A stretch of DNA of 64,000 nucleotides from Anaerolineae bacterium (GCA_034436775.1 DAOTVI010000067.1:9173-73172), one strand, 5' to 3'; counted from the first letter of the stretch, positions 19,548-29,242 are shown. Numbers and translations are program-made. Notes: generated by a model from the sequence alone, not told the origin.

Positions 19548-20621
19548 TTAGAGTCGCCCTCCCATGGTCAAAGTCATCACCGCTTTCTGCACGTGCAAGC
19601 GATTTTCGGCCTGCTCATACACCGCAGAGCGCCATCCCCGTTGGACATCGGTGTGGTCAATCACGTCGTTGTCAACTTCCCAGCCGCGGTCGGCCGGCAG
19701 ACAATGGAGATAGATCGCCTCGTGATCGGCGGTTTCCATCAAACGACGGGTCATCTTCCAGTGCTTGTAGCTTTCGTTGATCGCTTTGGCCTTCTGTTCG
19801 TCTCCCTCACCCACCGGGGGTTTGAAGAAGCATTTTGGCGCCCATGCCTTGGGGTATACCACGTGGGCATCCTTAAAGGCGCTTTCGAAATCGTGGGTGA
19901 TGGTGAAAGAAGCGTTGTTCATCCGGGCGTTGGCCTGACATGCCGCGATCACTTCGGGATCGAGTTCGAACTCGGGCGGATGGCATAGCACGGTGTCACA
20001 ACCCATCATCGAAGCGGCGATGATGGCGCTTTGCGGCACGGCGCGCGGCTTATGAATGCTGGGCGAGTAAGCCCAGCTCATCACGAATTTGATGCCCTTG
20101 AAGGTGCCGAAACGCTCCCAGGTGGTCAGAATATCGGCCAGAGCCTGGAAGGGGTGGTACTTATCGTCCTCCATATTCAACACGGGGATGTCGGCCCAGC
20201 GAGCGAACTCGCGGATGAGCATATTCGCGGCGCCATACACCCAGTCCACCGGATCTCCATAACAGCGGATCGCGATGCCATCCCCCATACGACTCAGCAC
20301 GCGCGCAACGTCGGAGACGCGTTCAGTGGAGTAGGCTACCTCTTTGCCTTCCAGCGCCGGCGTGTAAATCTTCTCCGGGTCGAGATAGTGGGCGTGGCCA
20401 CCCAGCTGGGTCATGCCGGCCTCGAAGCTGTTGCGCGTCCGCAAGCTCTGATTGTAGAAGATCATAAACAGGGTCTTGGCACGCAGCAGGTGATCGTGCA
20501 ACTCCCCCATCGCATAGCGTCTCTTCAGATCGCGGGCGCAATCAAGGATGGTTTCGACTTCCTCTTTGCTCCATTCCAGCAGTGTGATGAAATCCTTGCC
20601 CTTGAAGCTATCGGTTCTCAT
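19548..20621 (-). CDS. YgeW-like (knotted) carbamoyltransferase
   Basis: SLRTR, HPFQ and HCLPADR motifs. Blocks MSWAYSPSIHKPRAVPQS and YPKAWAP match my recollection of E. coli YgeW (MTWAYSPSYGKPLSVPQ, YPKSWAP). Confidence 0.8.
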   Translation of the reverse strand: MRTDSFKGKDFITLLEWSKEEVETILDCARDLKRRYAMGELHDHLLRAKTLFMIFYNQSLRTRNSFEAGMTQLGGHAHYLDPEKIYTPALEGKEVAYSTERVSDVARVLSRMGDGIAIRCYGDPVDWVYGAANMLIREFARWADIPVLNMEDDKYHPFQALADILTTWERFGTFKGIKFVMSWAYSPSIHKPRAVPQSAIIAASMMGCDTVLCHPPEFELDPEVIAACQANARMNNASFTITHDFESAFKDAHVVYPKAWAPKCFFKPPVGEGDEQKAKAINESYKHWKMTRRLMETADHEAIYLHCLPADRGWEVDNDVIDHTDVQRGWRSAVYEQAENRLHVQKAVMTLTMGGRL

Positions 20622-21088
20622 AGATCGTTCTCCTCAAAAGATGGGATGATAACATCCTGGTTGTTTTGCTCATTTTTCTCCAATCCAATACTGGGACGGG
20701 TGTTCTTTGGGAACATTCCGTTCTCCTCCGGTAGAGTTTTCCAGAACTATACCAGAATTCAGCCGTTTGCGCGAAAACGCTCAGGCTCAAATCCCTGCCC
20801 TTTTTGCGGTGGACTCAATACGGGTCTCTATCAAACCCACCACCTCCGTACCTCGTCCGGCTCGGCGTGGATGGAGGCGCCCGGGTCGGCATCTTTGCGG
20901 CGCATCTCCGGCAACCGCATCGCGCGCAGGGCGGCGGCCAGCTTTTCGGCGGTCCGTTTGGGGCGCGGGCCGGCGCCCAACTGCGCTGCCTGGCTGCCCC
21001 AGACGATTTTTATTTCCGCAACGCCCGGAAGATCTCCAGGGCGCGGAAACCTTTCAAGAGTTTTGGGCGACGTCCAGGGGAAGCGAAA

Positions 21089-21583
21089 CTATTCGCGGTC
21101 GGCCACCATTGTCTGCAATATGGTCAGGTAACGCTCAGCGTCCGACCGGGATCGGAATTCGCCAAACCTCATTTTAGGTCCGCCTGCAATTTTGAGAGCA
21201 ATACCGTAAGTGTCCGGTCCACTTTCCCATTCTATTACCCTGATTTTGAGCGACTCGATCTGGTCAAAAGAATAAATTTTCTGACCTGCGGTGAAAGCCG
21301 ATTTGAATTGGTGTGTGAGTTGACGTTCCGAAGCATCGAATAGAAGACGATGGCTGGAGAGCAAGAGAGCCACCGCAATCGAGCTCAACACGGCAAGCAC
21401 AATCCAAATCGCATAAGAGATGCTCGCGTCAAACTCGAACACTTTCTCCTGAATGAACGCGATGAGCAGTCCATAGACTGCCGTGAACCCGATTAACGCG
21501 GCCAACCAAACAAGGAAACGTTTCAGCGGCGGATAGGAATCGGTGAATTCGATGGTATGAGATGTTTGTTTTACGGTGTCCAT
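21089..21583 (-). CDS. Hypothetical membrane protein (2 TM plus a small C-terminal domain) in a low-GC patch
   Basis: 164-aa ORF with two hydrophobic helices (FLVWLAALIGFTAVYGLLIAF, AIWIVLAVLSSIAVALLL). It is the only long ORF in a region of about 45-48% GC. Weak RBS. Confidence 0.5.
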   Translation of the reverse strand: MDTVKQTSHTIEFTDSYPPLKRFLVWLAALIGFTAVYGLLIAFIQEKVFEFDASISYAIWIVLAVLSSIAVALLLSSHRLLFDASERQLTHQFKSAFTAGQKIYSFDQIESLKIRVIEWESGPDTYGIALKIAGGPKMRFGEFRSRSDAERYLTILQTMVADRE

Positions 21584-21656
21584 GGTAGCAAACAGCCTTT
21601 CCGTGTTTTGGGAGTCATCGGCGCGCCGGTAGCCAGGTCAGCCACGTCAGCCACGC

Positions 21657-21680
21657 CGACAAAATTGTGGAATTTTGTCG
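21657..21680. promoter_or_regulatory. Perfect 9-bp inverted repeat (candidate operator or hairpin)
   Basis: CGACAAAAT tgtgga ATTTTGTCG, 75-100 bp upstream of the 21583 start. It is immediately preceded by the tandem 9-mer GTCAGCCAC x2 (21638-21655). Confidence 0.3.
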
Positions 21681-21857
21681 TAGGACGGCACCACAGCGAC
21701 GATGGCAGGCAGGCCACCTTTGCCGACCTGGAAATTCAACAAGGATTGTCGTTTTTTTGGTGTTGTCGGTCACAGTGATACCGTTCTGGGTGGTGTTCGT
21801 CTCGAGCAATCAGCGCCAGTACGCTCGGCGCGAGATACCCGTGGTTACGGTCTCGGA

Positions 21858-22838
21858 TTAAAATCGCTTGATGATCGGGTCATACGTCGGCGCGTTATTG
21901 GGCCCGCCCACGCGACGCTGGCCGTGACTGGGGCCGCCGGACGCGCCGGACATATCCCGTACCGTCGTACCGCTCCCCTCGTCCAGGGGATACAGCCCTA
22001 CCGTGTTCCCGTCGGGTACGAAAGGTGTGCTGGGCGGCGTAAAGTCGCCCGTGTAGCGCACCACGTTGGAGATGCGCACCTCATCCACCCAGCCGCTGAA
22101 GGAGGGATAGGTGCTCGGGTCATAGTCGTGCTTCTCCGCGCCGATGACCAGGAACGGTTCGTTGACCCAGCCGCCAGTGATGGGGCGGCCGACGCGGTAG
22201 GAGATGTTGCCCGTTGGGCCGCTATGTTGGCGATCCAGCACACCGTTGACAAAAATGCACATCTCGCCGTTGGTGCGGCGGGTCACAGCGACGTGGTGCC
22301 AGGTATTGGCACTCAGCGTCGTGTTCCCGCAGATGGTGTAGCCGCTAGTGCCGTTGTGTGCGCCGAAGGCGATCCGTCCGCCGTAGAGGGAGAGGCCGTA
22401 GTCGCCGTAATCGGGCACACCGAAGATGTCGCGGTCAAAGATGATGTTGCCGTTGATCCAGGTGTCGTTGCCCTCGGTGCAGGGGCCGCTGGCATTTTGC
22501 CCCGGCGCAAAGCGCAGCCAGAACTCCAGGGTGAAGTCCGTCGCGCCGACGTTGACCGGCAGCGAAATGCCCAAGGTGTTGCTCATCGGGATTTTGACCC
22601 GGTCAATGTCGCCGCTGCCGGTGCCGTAGAAACGAAGGGAGTAGGTATTGGGAACGGGCGAGGTTGGCGTGGACGGTGCCCGCAACACCACCGGCAGGTA
22701 GGCGCGCGGAGTGAGCGATGGAGCAGTCTGCAGAACGTTCAAAGGGGACGAAGCCAGGGCAACCAGCGTCAATGCCGCGCCGGTCAAAACGGTCACCCAT
22801 CCGCGCATCACCGATGATGGAAATGGTGTTTGTTTCAT
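21858..22838 (-). CDS. Secreted LamG/concanavalin-A-like lectin domain protein
   Basis: Signal peptide ([18 protein letters not shown]). The LamG-type core includes [25 protein letters not shown] and [13 protein letters not shown] 22838 is preceded by AGGAG; the ORF-track start at 22955 overlaps the upstream gene. Confidence 0.8.
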   Translation of the reverse strand: MKQTPFPSSVMRGWVTVLTGAALTLVALASSPLNVLQTAPSLTPRAYLPVVLRAPSTPTSPVPNTYSLRFYGTGSGDIDRVKIPMSNTLGISLPVNVGATDFTLEFWLRFAPGQNASGPCTEGNDTWINGNIIFDRDIFGVPDYGDYGLSLYGGRIAFGAHNGTSGYTICGNTTLSANTWHHVAVTRRTNGEMCIFVNGVLDRQHSGPTGNISYRVGRPITGGWVNEPFLVIGAEKHDYDPSTYPSFSGWVDEVRISNVVRYTGDFTPPSTPFVPDGNTVGLYPLDEGSGTTVRDMSGASGGPSHGQRRVGGPNNAPTYDPIIKRF

Positions 22839-22848
22839 TATGGATCTC

Positions 22849-25734
22849 CTATCGGTCCCCCCGCAGCACCAGCGGCAGCCAGAGGCGCGGGGTGATCCGT
22901 TCGTTGTCAAAGGCCTGGATGGTGGCCACGATCTTCTGGATGGAATACAGGTCACCCCGCCCCCAGGGGCGGTCCAGCCAGCGGCGCAACTGGCTGCGCC
23001 CCTCGCCCAGGATGTAGGCGTGGGCCATAAAGTGCGACCAGCCGGCGATCGGCGCCGTGTAAGCCGTCTCGCCCTCCTCGGCGTGGGCGCCGGCGCGCGT
23101 CAGATACCACCAGCGCAGGCCGTCGCCCGTCTCGCGCGAAAGCACGTGCGCGGCGGCCAGGCCGTCGGTCTGCTCGCGCAGGTACAGTCCGATCTCCGGC
23201 GTGATCCCGAAGAAGACCGGCAGGTACCAGCCCTCAAAGTTGCCCCACTCCGGCTGGTTGTCGCGCGGCGTCCAGTACTGGGTGATGGATTTGGCATAGG
23301 TGATGTAGGGCGTGATGACCCGCCCGGCGGTCAGCGCGCTCACGGCGGTGCTCACGGCCTGGGTGTAGGTGATCGAGGTCTGGCCGAAGAGTTGCCACGC
23401 CATGCGCGCGTAGCCGATCACACCGGCGATGTCGGCGTAGTAGGGCAGGTCGTTGGCCCGCGCGTTGTAGAGGGCAGTCAGGTCGGTCCAGTTGTTCTGT
23501 ACCAGCGCCCAGTCGCCGGTATTCTTCGCCCACAGCCAGACGGCGTACAGGGAGATGGGGCTGGCGGCCGGCGGCGGCCAGTTGTTCAGGTTCCGGCGGA
23601 TGTCGTCGGGCACGGGGTAGAGTTCGCGCGGCGCGCTGTTCTTCAGCCAGTCCCCGCCCCAGGGCATGCCCTGCCAGGGCGGATAGCGCGCGATCACGCC
23701 CGAGACGTACTGCCTCACGCTCACCTGCAGAGTCGGGTCCAGGTAGGGATAGGCCATTGCCAGCGTGAGCAGGAGTTCGCCGGAGTCGTGCCAGACGGCG
23801 TTGCCATGGCTGTCGTAGGTGACCGAGGGCGGTTCCGGCGGCTGCGTGGAATTGTGCGGCCACATGGCCGGGTTGCTGAAGCCGCGCTCAAAGTAGTAGG
23901 GCATCGGGTAGGGCGTCAGCGCGATCAGCGCGCGCACCTCGGCGTGCAGGCGCGCCACCAGGTCGGCCGGAGGGTTGGGCGCCGGGGTGGTCAGGTCCAG
24001 CGTCACGTAATCGGTGAGCGGGCGGGTGGTGGTCACGACGGGCGGCGTGGGCGGGGGCGGCGGGGGCAGGGTCCGGGTGTAGACCCGCGGCGCGGGGCAG
24101 GCGCTGCCAGGACGCGTAGCGATGCCGGCCAGCCCGCCCTCAATCACGCGCCAGTAGATCATGTTGTTCGCCACCACCGCACCGGCGCGCGAGTGGCCCT
24201 CGTTCACGCGCGGCGAGGGGAAGGGATAGGCCGGGTCGCGGGGATTGCCACTCAGGGGAAAGAAGGGGTTGGGACCATCTGGACCACAACCAGAACCGGG
24301 CCCGCCGCCGCACTCGGGCCAGATGTTGGAGACGTTGCCGATGTGCACCAGCGACCCGCTGATGGCGTTCGTCAGACTGATGCCGCCCAGGCGTTCCCAG
24401 TTATCCACCAGCAGGATGTTACCGCCCATTGTCAGCACCGCTGGCTCGTCGGAAGTCAGGCGAAATTCATAGTTGAAGTAGGAGCGCGGATAGTCGCGCG
24501 TGCGCAGGCCGATGATCTGAGTGAGCATTTGCGTGTTCAGCAGACCCAGCTCGGCATCATATTGCGAGGAAACGTGCACCGATGAGCCGGTAGTCTGAAT
24601 GCCCTGGCGGGCGCGGTACATCACGTAGGCCGTGTACGGCGCGCTCGCCCGCACCACCGGCATTGCGGGCACATCGCTGTTGCCGAAGGTGTAGAGCACC
24701 GGCGCCACTCCGCGCGTGATGCCGGTGGTCGCGTCCAGCACAAAGAGCGTCTGCTTGTGCGGGTTAGAGGCCAGGTAGTTCTGGATATGCGGCCGGATGG
24801 CGTTCCAGTCGGCGTCCCAGTCAGAGTTAACGGCGCCGGCCCGGTTCATCACCTCGTCGCCTTCGTGCAAAAGTTGCCAGAGGGCGTAGAGCGGCTGCGA
24901 GCGATAGATCACCGTGTCGCTGAGCACCACCGGGTAGCGATCGGTCAGGCTCTGGCCGTAGAGTTGCGTCTGCCAGACCCACGCGCCGGTCTCGGCGTTC
25001 ACGGCGAAGGCGCGGATGGCCTCGTCCCCGGCAAAGATCAGCCGTCCATCGCGGCTGAGAGCCGGCGTGGTGAGGATGGGGGCGTCGGACTGGTATTGCC
25101 AGATCACCGCGCCGTCGCGCAGGTTCAGCGCGGTCAACCGGCCATCGGTGGCCGCGACGACGACGTGGCCGCGCGCCGCGTCCATCAGCGGGGCAGTGGC
25201 GCTGCGGCCGGTGAAGCGCTGCCAGCGCAGCGCGCCGGTGGCGGCGTCCAGGGCGAAGGTGTTGCCCCCGTGTGTGCTGAAGACCACCGTGCCGCTCATC
25301 ACGCCCGGGGAATGGCGGATCGGGCTGCCGTCGCCGGCAAAGGTCCACAGCGAGGCGCCGGTGCTGGCGTCCCGCGCGTAGAGCACGCCGTCCAGCCCGC
25401 CGATGAAGAGCCGGCCGGCGGCCACCACCGGCTGGGCGCGTGAGGCGAAGGGCACCTCGTACCATTTCCAGATGTAGCAGTACGGTGGATTGACCTGAAG
25501 GGGCGAGTAGTTGCTGCGCTGTGCGTCGCGGCCCAGTTGCGGCCAGTCCCGGTCAGGGATCGTCTCCTGCCCGGCGATGCCGGGCGTAGAGAGCAGGCCG
25601 GCAGAGGGGGCAGCGGAGAGCGTTTGGGGGGAGTCGCCGTCAGAGGACAGGGCGAGGGCCCACGCACCCAGTCCGCTGACGAGCGCCATTAGGATGCGTG
25701 CGAGAGTTGACCGGTAAAAGTTGCCGGATACCAT
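22849..25734 (-). CDS. Secreted 961-aa protein: N-terminal PQQ-like beta-propeller plus a large C-terminal, probably all-alpha, domain
   Basis: N-terminal signal anchor. Repeated propeller blades ([41 protein letters not shown], ...). The C-terminal half is rich in W/Y helix-repeat-like blocks. It ends ...[12 protein letters not shown]. Confidence 0.8.
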   Translation of the reverse strand: MVSGNFYRSTLARILMALVSGLGAWALALSSDGDSPQTLSAAPSAGLLSTPGIAGQETIPDRDWPQLGRDAQRSNYSPLQVNPPYCYIWKWYEVPFASRAQPVVAAGRLFIGGLDGVLYARDASTGASLWTFAGDGSPIRHSPGVMSGTVVFSTHGGNTFALDAATGALRWQRFTGRSATAPLMDAARGHVVVAATDGRLTALNLRDGAVIWQYQSDAPILTTPALSRDGRLIFAGDEAIRAFAVNAETGAWVWQTQLYGQSLTDRYPVVLSDTVIYRSQPLYALWQLLHEGDEVMNRAGAVNSDWDADWNAIRPHIQNYLASNPHKQTLFVLDATTGITRGVAPVLYTFGNSDVPAMPVVRASAPYTAYVMYRARQGIQTTGSSVHVSSQYDAELGLLNTQMLTQIIGLRTRDYPRSYFNYEFRLTSDEPAVLTMGGNILLVDNWERLGGISLTNAISGSLVHIGNVSNIWPECGGGPGSGCGPDGPNPFFPLSGNPRDPAYPFPSPRVNEGHSRAGAVVANNMIYWRVIEGGLAGIATRPGSACPAPRVYTRTLPPPPPPTPPVVTTTRPLTDYVTLDLTTPAPNPPADLVARLHAEVRALIALTPYPMPYYFERGFSNPAMWPHNSTQPPEPPSVTYDSHGNAVWHDSGELLLTLAMAYPYLDPTLQVSVRQYVSGVIARYPPWQGMPWGGDWLKNSAPRELYPVPDDIRRNLNNWPPPAASPISLYAVWLWAKNTGDWALVQNNWTDLTALYNARANDLPYYADIAGVIGYARMAWQLFGQTSITYTQAVSTAVSALTAGRVITPYITYAKSITQYWTPRDNQPEWGNFEGWYLPVFFGITPEIGLYLREQTDGLAAAHVLSRETGDGLRWWYLTRAGAHAEEGETAYTAPIAGWSHFMAHAYILGEGRSQLRRWLDRPWGRGDLYSIQKIVATIQAFDNERITPRLWLPLVLRGDR

Positions 25735-25820
25735 GTTGATTTCTCTCCAGACGACGTAGCATAGGATTCATCCGGTGCTACAGAACTTCTATCCAAGAGT
25801 ACCCCATCACCTTGCTCTTT

Positions 25821-26057
25821 TCAATGGGAATCTTCTCCTACGGCCATTCCGCCGCCAGCCAGCCGTTGGGCGGCAGAACGGAAGTACAACGCCATAGAGG
25901 TGACGGCCGGCGGATATGCGCGCACCCCCGGGGGCGGGTAGGCGCGCGGGGCGGGCGTAACCTGCTGGACGTTGAGATAAGGGGAATGAATTGCAGATAC
26001 ATCGATCAATCCGAGCAGGACGAAGATGGGCAGGAGCGCAAAGTTTTGGGGTTTCAT
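25821..26057 (-). CDS. Small secreted protein (78 aa), paralogous to the N-terminal leader of the LamG protein
   Basis: AGGAGA RBS and signal peptide MKPQNFALLPIFVLLGLIDVSA. SPYLNVQQVTPAPRAYPPPGVRAYP aligns with Lam[26 protein letters not shown]. Confidence 0.45.
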   Translation of the reverse strand: MKPQNFALLPIFVLLGLIDVSAIHSPYLNVQQVTPAPRAYPPPGVRAYPPAVTSMALYFRSAAQRLAGGGMAVGEDSH

Positions 26058-26082
26058 CGTTTCATCTCCTGCCTGAAGTTCT

Positions 26083-29000
26083 CTATTGGTTCCGGAGAAT
26101 CAACGGTAAAAATATCGGGTAAATCCACTCCCACTGGAGCGCGACGTCTGTGGCCAGCGGCGTCGGGAGGGATATCGTCAGCGTGCTGCCGGTCGTGGTG
26201 ACCAGCTGGCGGGTGGTCGGCGCGCCGGCCCAGGTGTCCCACCAGGTGACCCGATACGTGCCCGTCACCAGATCGGGAACGGTGATCTGGCCGGAGACGG
26301 GTGGAATCGTCACCCCTTCCACCACGTTGCGCCAAGTGTATCGCCGATGGCGAATCCAGAGATGGCCGCGCCCGGCCAGGCGATCGGCCTGGCCCAGCAC
26401 GATCAGGTCGGGATGGGAGGCCGTCGCCCGCGCGTCCTGGTAGCGCCCGTTGTTGAGCGGGATGCCCTCCATAAAGTTGCGGAAGGCGCGGAAGTGGAAG
26501 TACAGATTGTCGCGGCGGATATTGGTCTGGTCCCAATAGAGTTCGTACAGGCCACCGGGGTTGACCTGCGCCCAGAGGAAGTTGTGCAGCCAGACGCCCC
26601 GGGTGTCTTGGTTCTGGGCATGCTTGCTGTCGCCGCGGTACTCCGCGTCGTCGCCGATGGCGACTTCGCCGCGGGTGACCGGCTTGCGCGGTCCGGTGAG
26701 GGCGCGTCCCCCAATTTGCAGACTCAGCGATGCGTGCAGATGCGCCGAGTCCGAGATGACCGAAGTGAGGTCAAATTCGCCGTTCAGGTAGGCCCGCTGT
26801 CCGTCCGGTGCAATCAGTTCCACGTTGTCTATCCACGCATATCCCCCCGTGCCAAAGCCGTTCTGGAAGGCGATGTACAGCGTGTGTACGGCGTCATCGT
26901 TCAGGATGAGCCGCTCACTGGCTGGCGCCGGTTGTCCAGCGTGGGTATAGCGACTGTCAAAGGTGCGCCAGTCGTAGGTGCCAGCCGGCGCGGTGCAGAG
27001 CCAGCCCTTGCCCTCTTCGGATGGCGGCGGCACGACGCTGCCGCGCGAGTCGCTCTCCCCGTGATCCAGTATCCACATCAGGCGCGGGCCGGCCAGTGTA
27101 TGGGGGATGTCGAACTCGCACCTGCCGGTGAAATTCTCGGCTTTCATCCTGTAGCGGATCACCCATTCGCCCCGCCCACGGATGATGAGGTGGCGCGGGG
27201 TACTGCCGGCGTTGTTGAACTGCGTCGCGCCGGGGATGCGCACCGAATGGCCCTGGCCGCCCACGACATAGGCCGGGCGATTCTCAAAGGCCAGCGGTCT
27301 AGCGATGTTCTGCGCCCAGCCGGCGTAGCGGTTGCCGCAGCAGGCGTATTCGTGAACGTCGGCATAGTCCACGCCGCTGTACTGCGGGTTGGCCCAGAAC
27401 TCGGCCTGGGGGAAACTGTGCCAGTGGGAGGTGGTAACCAGATGGCGATGGGGGTCGTTCTCGCGCATAAAGCGGCCAAAGGCGTCGGCCATGGCGTAGT
27501 GATTGCCGTTGTAGGGGTCACCCTCGTTCATCAGTTCCCAAGAATGGACGGCGCGCGAATAGCCCCAGCGTGCGATCAGGTAGCGCCAAAAGTACTCGTG
27601 CAGGCGGCGCACCGCCGTGTTCGGCGCCGCGTAGAAGCGGTTGTTGTCCAGATCGTAGTAACCGCCCACCGGGTTGCCGTTCGCATCCAGATGGTTGGCG
27701 ATCCAGTCGTTTTTCTCCAGCACAACGGGACGGATGGTCACTTCGCCCTGTTCGGCCCGCTGGAAAAGATAATCCCACTGCCAGGAGGGTTGCTGGTCAA
27801 AATAGAGGTGGTAGGCGAAGCGGTTCTTGCGCAGGATTTCCGGGCCGGTCGGCGCGCCGTTGCGCAGTTCGCGCAGCGAGACTTCGTCCACGTAGGCATC
27901 TCCGCCGGTGGTGTTCTCCAGGATCAGGTAAAAGTTATCCAGGAAGTACTGGTTCAGGCCGGTGGTGAAGGTACCGGTGACCGTCACCCAGCCGGGCGTG
28001 GTGTCGCTGACGTGGTTCAGCAAGCGGCGGCTGGCGTTGTAGGTAGCGGCGGGGTTGGCGCAATCCTCGCCCAGCCAGCCGCCGGTGCGGACGGTGAAGC
28101 CGTAGGGATAGCGGCCATCGCGCGGTCCGGTCACGCTGACGGTCTTCAGGCGCACGCTCAGGTGATAGGTCGTGTTGGGCTTGACGGCGACGTTGTTGCT
28201 GAAGCCCTGGAACATGCACGGGTTGCGCCGCCTTTCCATAGACGGGTCGGCATAGTCCCACAGGCGCAGGGAGACCAGGTGGCCGGTGTAGGCGTGGGTG
28301 TAGGTCAGGCTGGTCGGGTTAAAGTAGCCGCCCTCGCCGGGCAGATGGTGGGAGTGCCAGGGGTTCCACGGCGCCATAAAGATGCTGCTGCCGATCATCC
28401 ACATCCGCACAAAGTTCACGCGGCCGGCCTTCAGCCGCGCCAGCGTGTCGTCGGCATCGTAGGTAAAGCGCCAGCCGGAGAATCCCTCGCCGTGCCCGAC
28501 GCCGATGAAGGGCGTGCCATCGGAATATTCAAAGTAGCCGGGATCGGTCGGGCTGATGCGGATAAAGCCGTGGTTGTGCGGCAGGGTGGACGGCACGACG
28601 GTGAATCTTCCCTCGGCGGTCTGGACCGTGCCGGAGGCATCGGTGGCGCGCACGCGATACTTCCAGTCGCCCAGTTGTTGGGGTGCAAAGCGCACCTTCC
28701 AGACCGGGTCGCCCGTCGGATAAAGCCACTCCTCACCGTCAGCTGGACAGTCAGTCACAATCGCGTTGTTGACGATGCACCGGCGCTCGTAGGGCTGGTA
28801 GAGGAAGGCCGGCTGGGTGATGACGCTGGTCCAGTTGTCGGGGCTGAACAGCGCGTCCACGGTGATGCCCACGCTGGCGGGGACGCCGGGCGGCGGCGCG
28901 GGGTCGTAGGGAAAGTAGGGGTTGGTCGCCCCGCTGCCGGTAATGGTGAAGGTCAATTCAAATTTTTCGTACAGGCCGACGGTGGCGGCACTGGCCCGCA

Positions 29001-29124
29001 GGTTCTCGATCTGCAACGCGGTGGGCGCTGCGTCGGCGCAGGGCACGACGCGGCCGATGCCGATTCCCAGGGTCAACAGCCCCAGGAGCGCGATCCAGAA
29101 AACGGGACGGGAAAGAGCAATCAT
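26083..29124 (-). CDS. Secreted about 1010-aa glycoside hydrolase-like protein (DUF5060-like N-domain plus GH5/cellulase-like TIM barrel plus C-terminal beta domains)
   Basis: Signal peptide MIALSRPVFWIALLGLLTLGIG. N-domain YEKFELTFTITG...VDALFSPDNW. GH5-like NE motif in HSWELMNEGDPY. ATG 29124 is preceded by AGGAGG. It ends ...IYPIFLPLILRNQ. Confidence 0.7.
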   Translation of the reverse strand: MIALSRPVFWIALLGLLTLGIGIGRVVPCADAAPTALQIENLRASAATVGLYEKFELTFTITGSGATNPYFPYDPAPPPGVPASVGITVDALFSPDNWTSVITQPAFLYQPYERRCIVNNAIVTDCPADGEEWLYPTGDPVWKVRFAPQQLGDWKYRVRATDASGTVQTAEGRFTVVPSTLPHNHGFIRISPTDPGYFEYSDGTPFIGVGHGEGFSGWRFTYDADDTLARLKAGRVNFVRMWMIGSSIFMAPWNPWHSHHLPGEGGYFNPTSLTYTHAYTGHLVSLRLWDYADPSMERRRNPCMFQGFSNNVAVKPNTTYHLSVRLKTVSVTGPRDGRYPYGFTVRTGGWLGEDCANPAATYNASRRLLNHVSDTTPGWVTVTGTFTTGLNQYFLDNFYLILENTTGGDAYVDEVSLRELRNGAPTGPEILRKNRFAYHLYFDQQPSWQWDYLFQRAEQGEVTIRPVVLEKNDWIANHLDANGNPVGGYYDLDNNRFYAAPNTAVRRLHEYFWRYLIARWGYSRAVHSWELMNEGDPYNGNHYAMADAFGRFMRENDPHRHLVTTSHWHSFPQAEFWANPQYSGVDYADVHEYACCGNRYAGWAQNIARPLAFENRPAYVVGGQGHSVRIPGATQFNNAGSTPRHLIIRGRGEWVIRYRMKAENFTGRCEFDIPHTLAGPRLMWILDHGESDSRGSVVPPPSEEGKGWLCTAPAGTYDWRTFDSRYTHAGQPAPASERLILNDDAVHTLYIAFQNGFGTGGYAWIDNVELIAPDGQRAYLNGEFDLTSVISDSAHLHASLSLQIGGRALTGPRKPVTRGEVAIGDDAEYRGDSKHAQNQDTRGVWLHNFLWAQVNPGGLYELYWDQTNIRRDNLYFHFRAFRNFMEGIPLNNGRYQDARATASHPDLIVLGQADRLAGRGHLWIRHRRYTWRNVVEGVTIPPVSGQITVPDLVTGTYRVTWWDTWAGAPTTRQLVTTTGSTLTISLPTPLATDVALQWEWIYPIFLPLILRNQ

Positions 29125-29199
29125 CCGAGCACCTCCTGAATGGGTTATGCCTCCCCTGCAAAAAGGTCTCCTCATCACAGAGTGTACTCATGGGTTAAG

Positions 29200-29224
29200 A
29201 AAAAAGCTATGCCCCCGGCGTAGC
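29200..29224 (-). terminator. Rho-independent terminator after tRNA-Leu
   Basis: Minus strand reads GCTACGCC ggg GGCATAGC (7 of 8 bp paired) followed by TTTTTT. It lies 19 nt downstream of the tRNA 3' end. Confidence 0.5.
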
Positions 29225-29242
29225 TTAGCCTCTTAGAAATCA

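Noticed and set aside
20690-20770. Purine-riboswitch-like string (…TATAGTTCTGGAAAACTCTACCGGAGGAGAACGGAATGTTCC… on the minus strand) upstream of the YgeW-like gene
   Set aside because: The CUACCGG resemblance is superficial. The putative P2 and P3 stems are only 4 bp, and the conserved loop-loop and junction nucleotides are missing.
20805-20825. 8-nt match (GTGGACTC) to the 3' half of tRNA-Leu, as a possible att site marking a genomic island from 20.8 to 29.2 kb
   Set aside because: An 8-mer match is expected by chance in 64 kb, the flanking bases do not match, and no integrase is present.
20831-21123. 97-codon open frame on the minus strand (…LERFPRPGDLPGVAEIKIVWGSQAAQLGAGPRPKRTAEKLAAALRAMRLPEM…) in the gene-free gap
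   Set aside because: There is no ATG or GTG start until the last approximately 30 codons, no RBS and no recognisable family. It could be a gene remnant, but the support is too weak to annotate.
26347-29139. 930-aa plus-strand ORF, and similar long ORFs at 13572-15197, 22711-24585, 34772-36013, 48868-50268, 50171-51577 and 56554-58314
   Set aside because: All lie antisense to genes with clear family signatures. They have Arg/Gly/Ala/Pro/His-rich low-complexity translations and no recognisable motifs. These are typical shadow ORFs of high-GC DNA.
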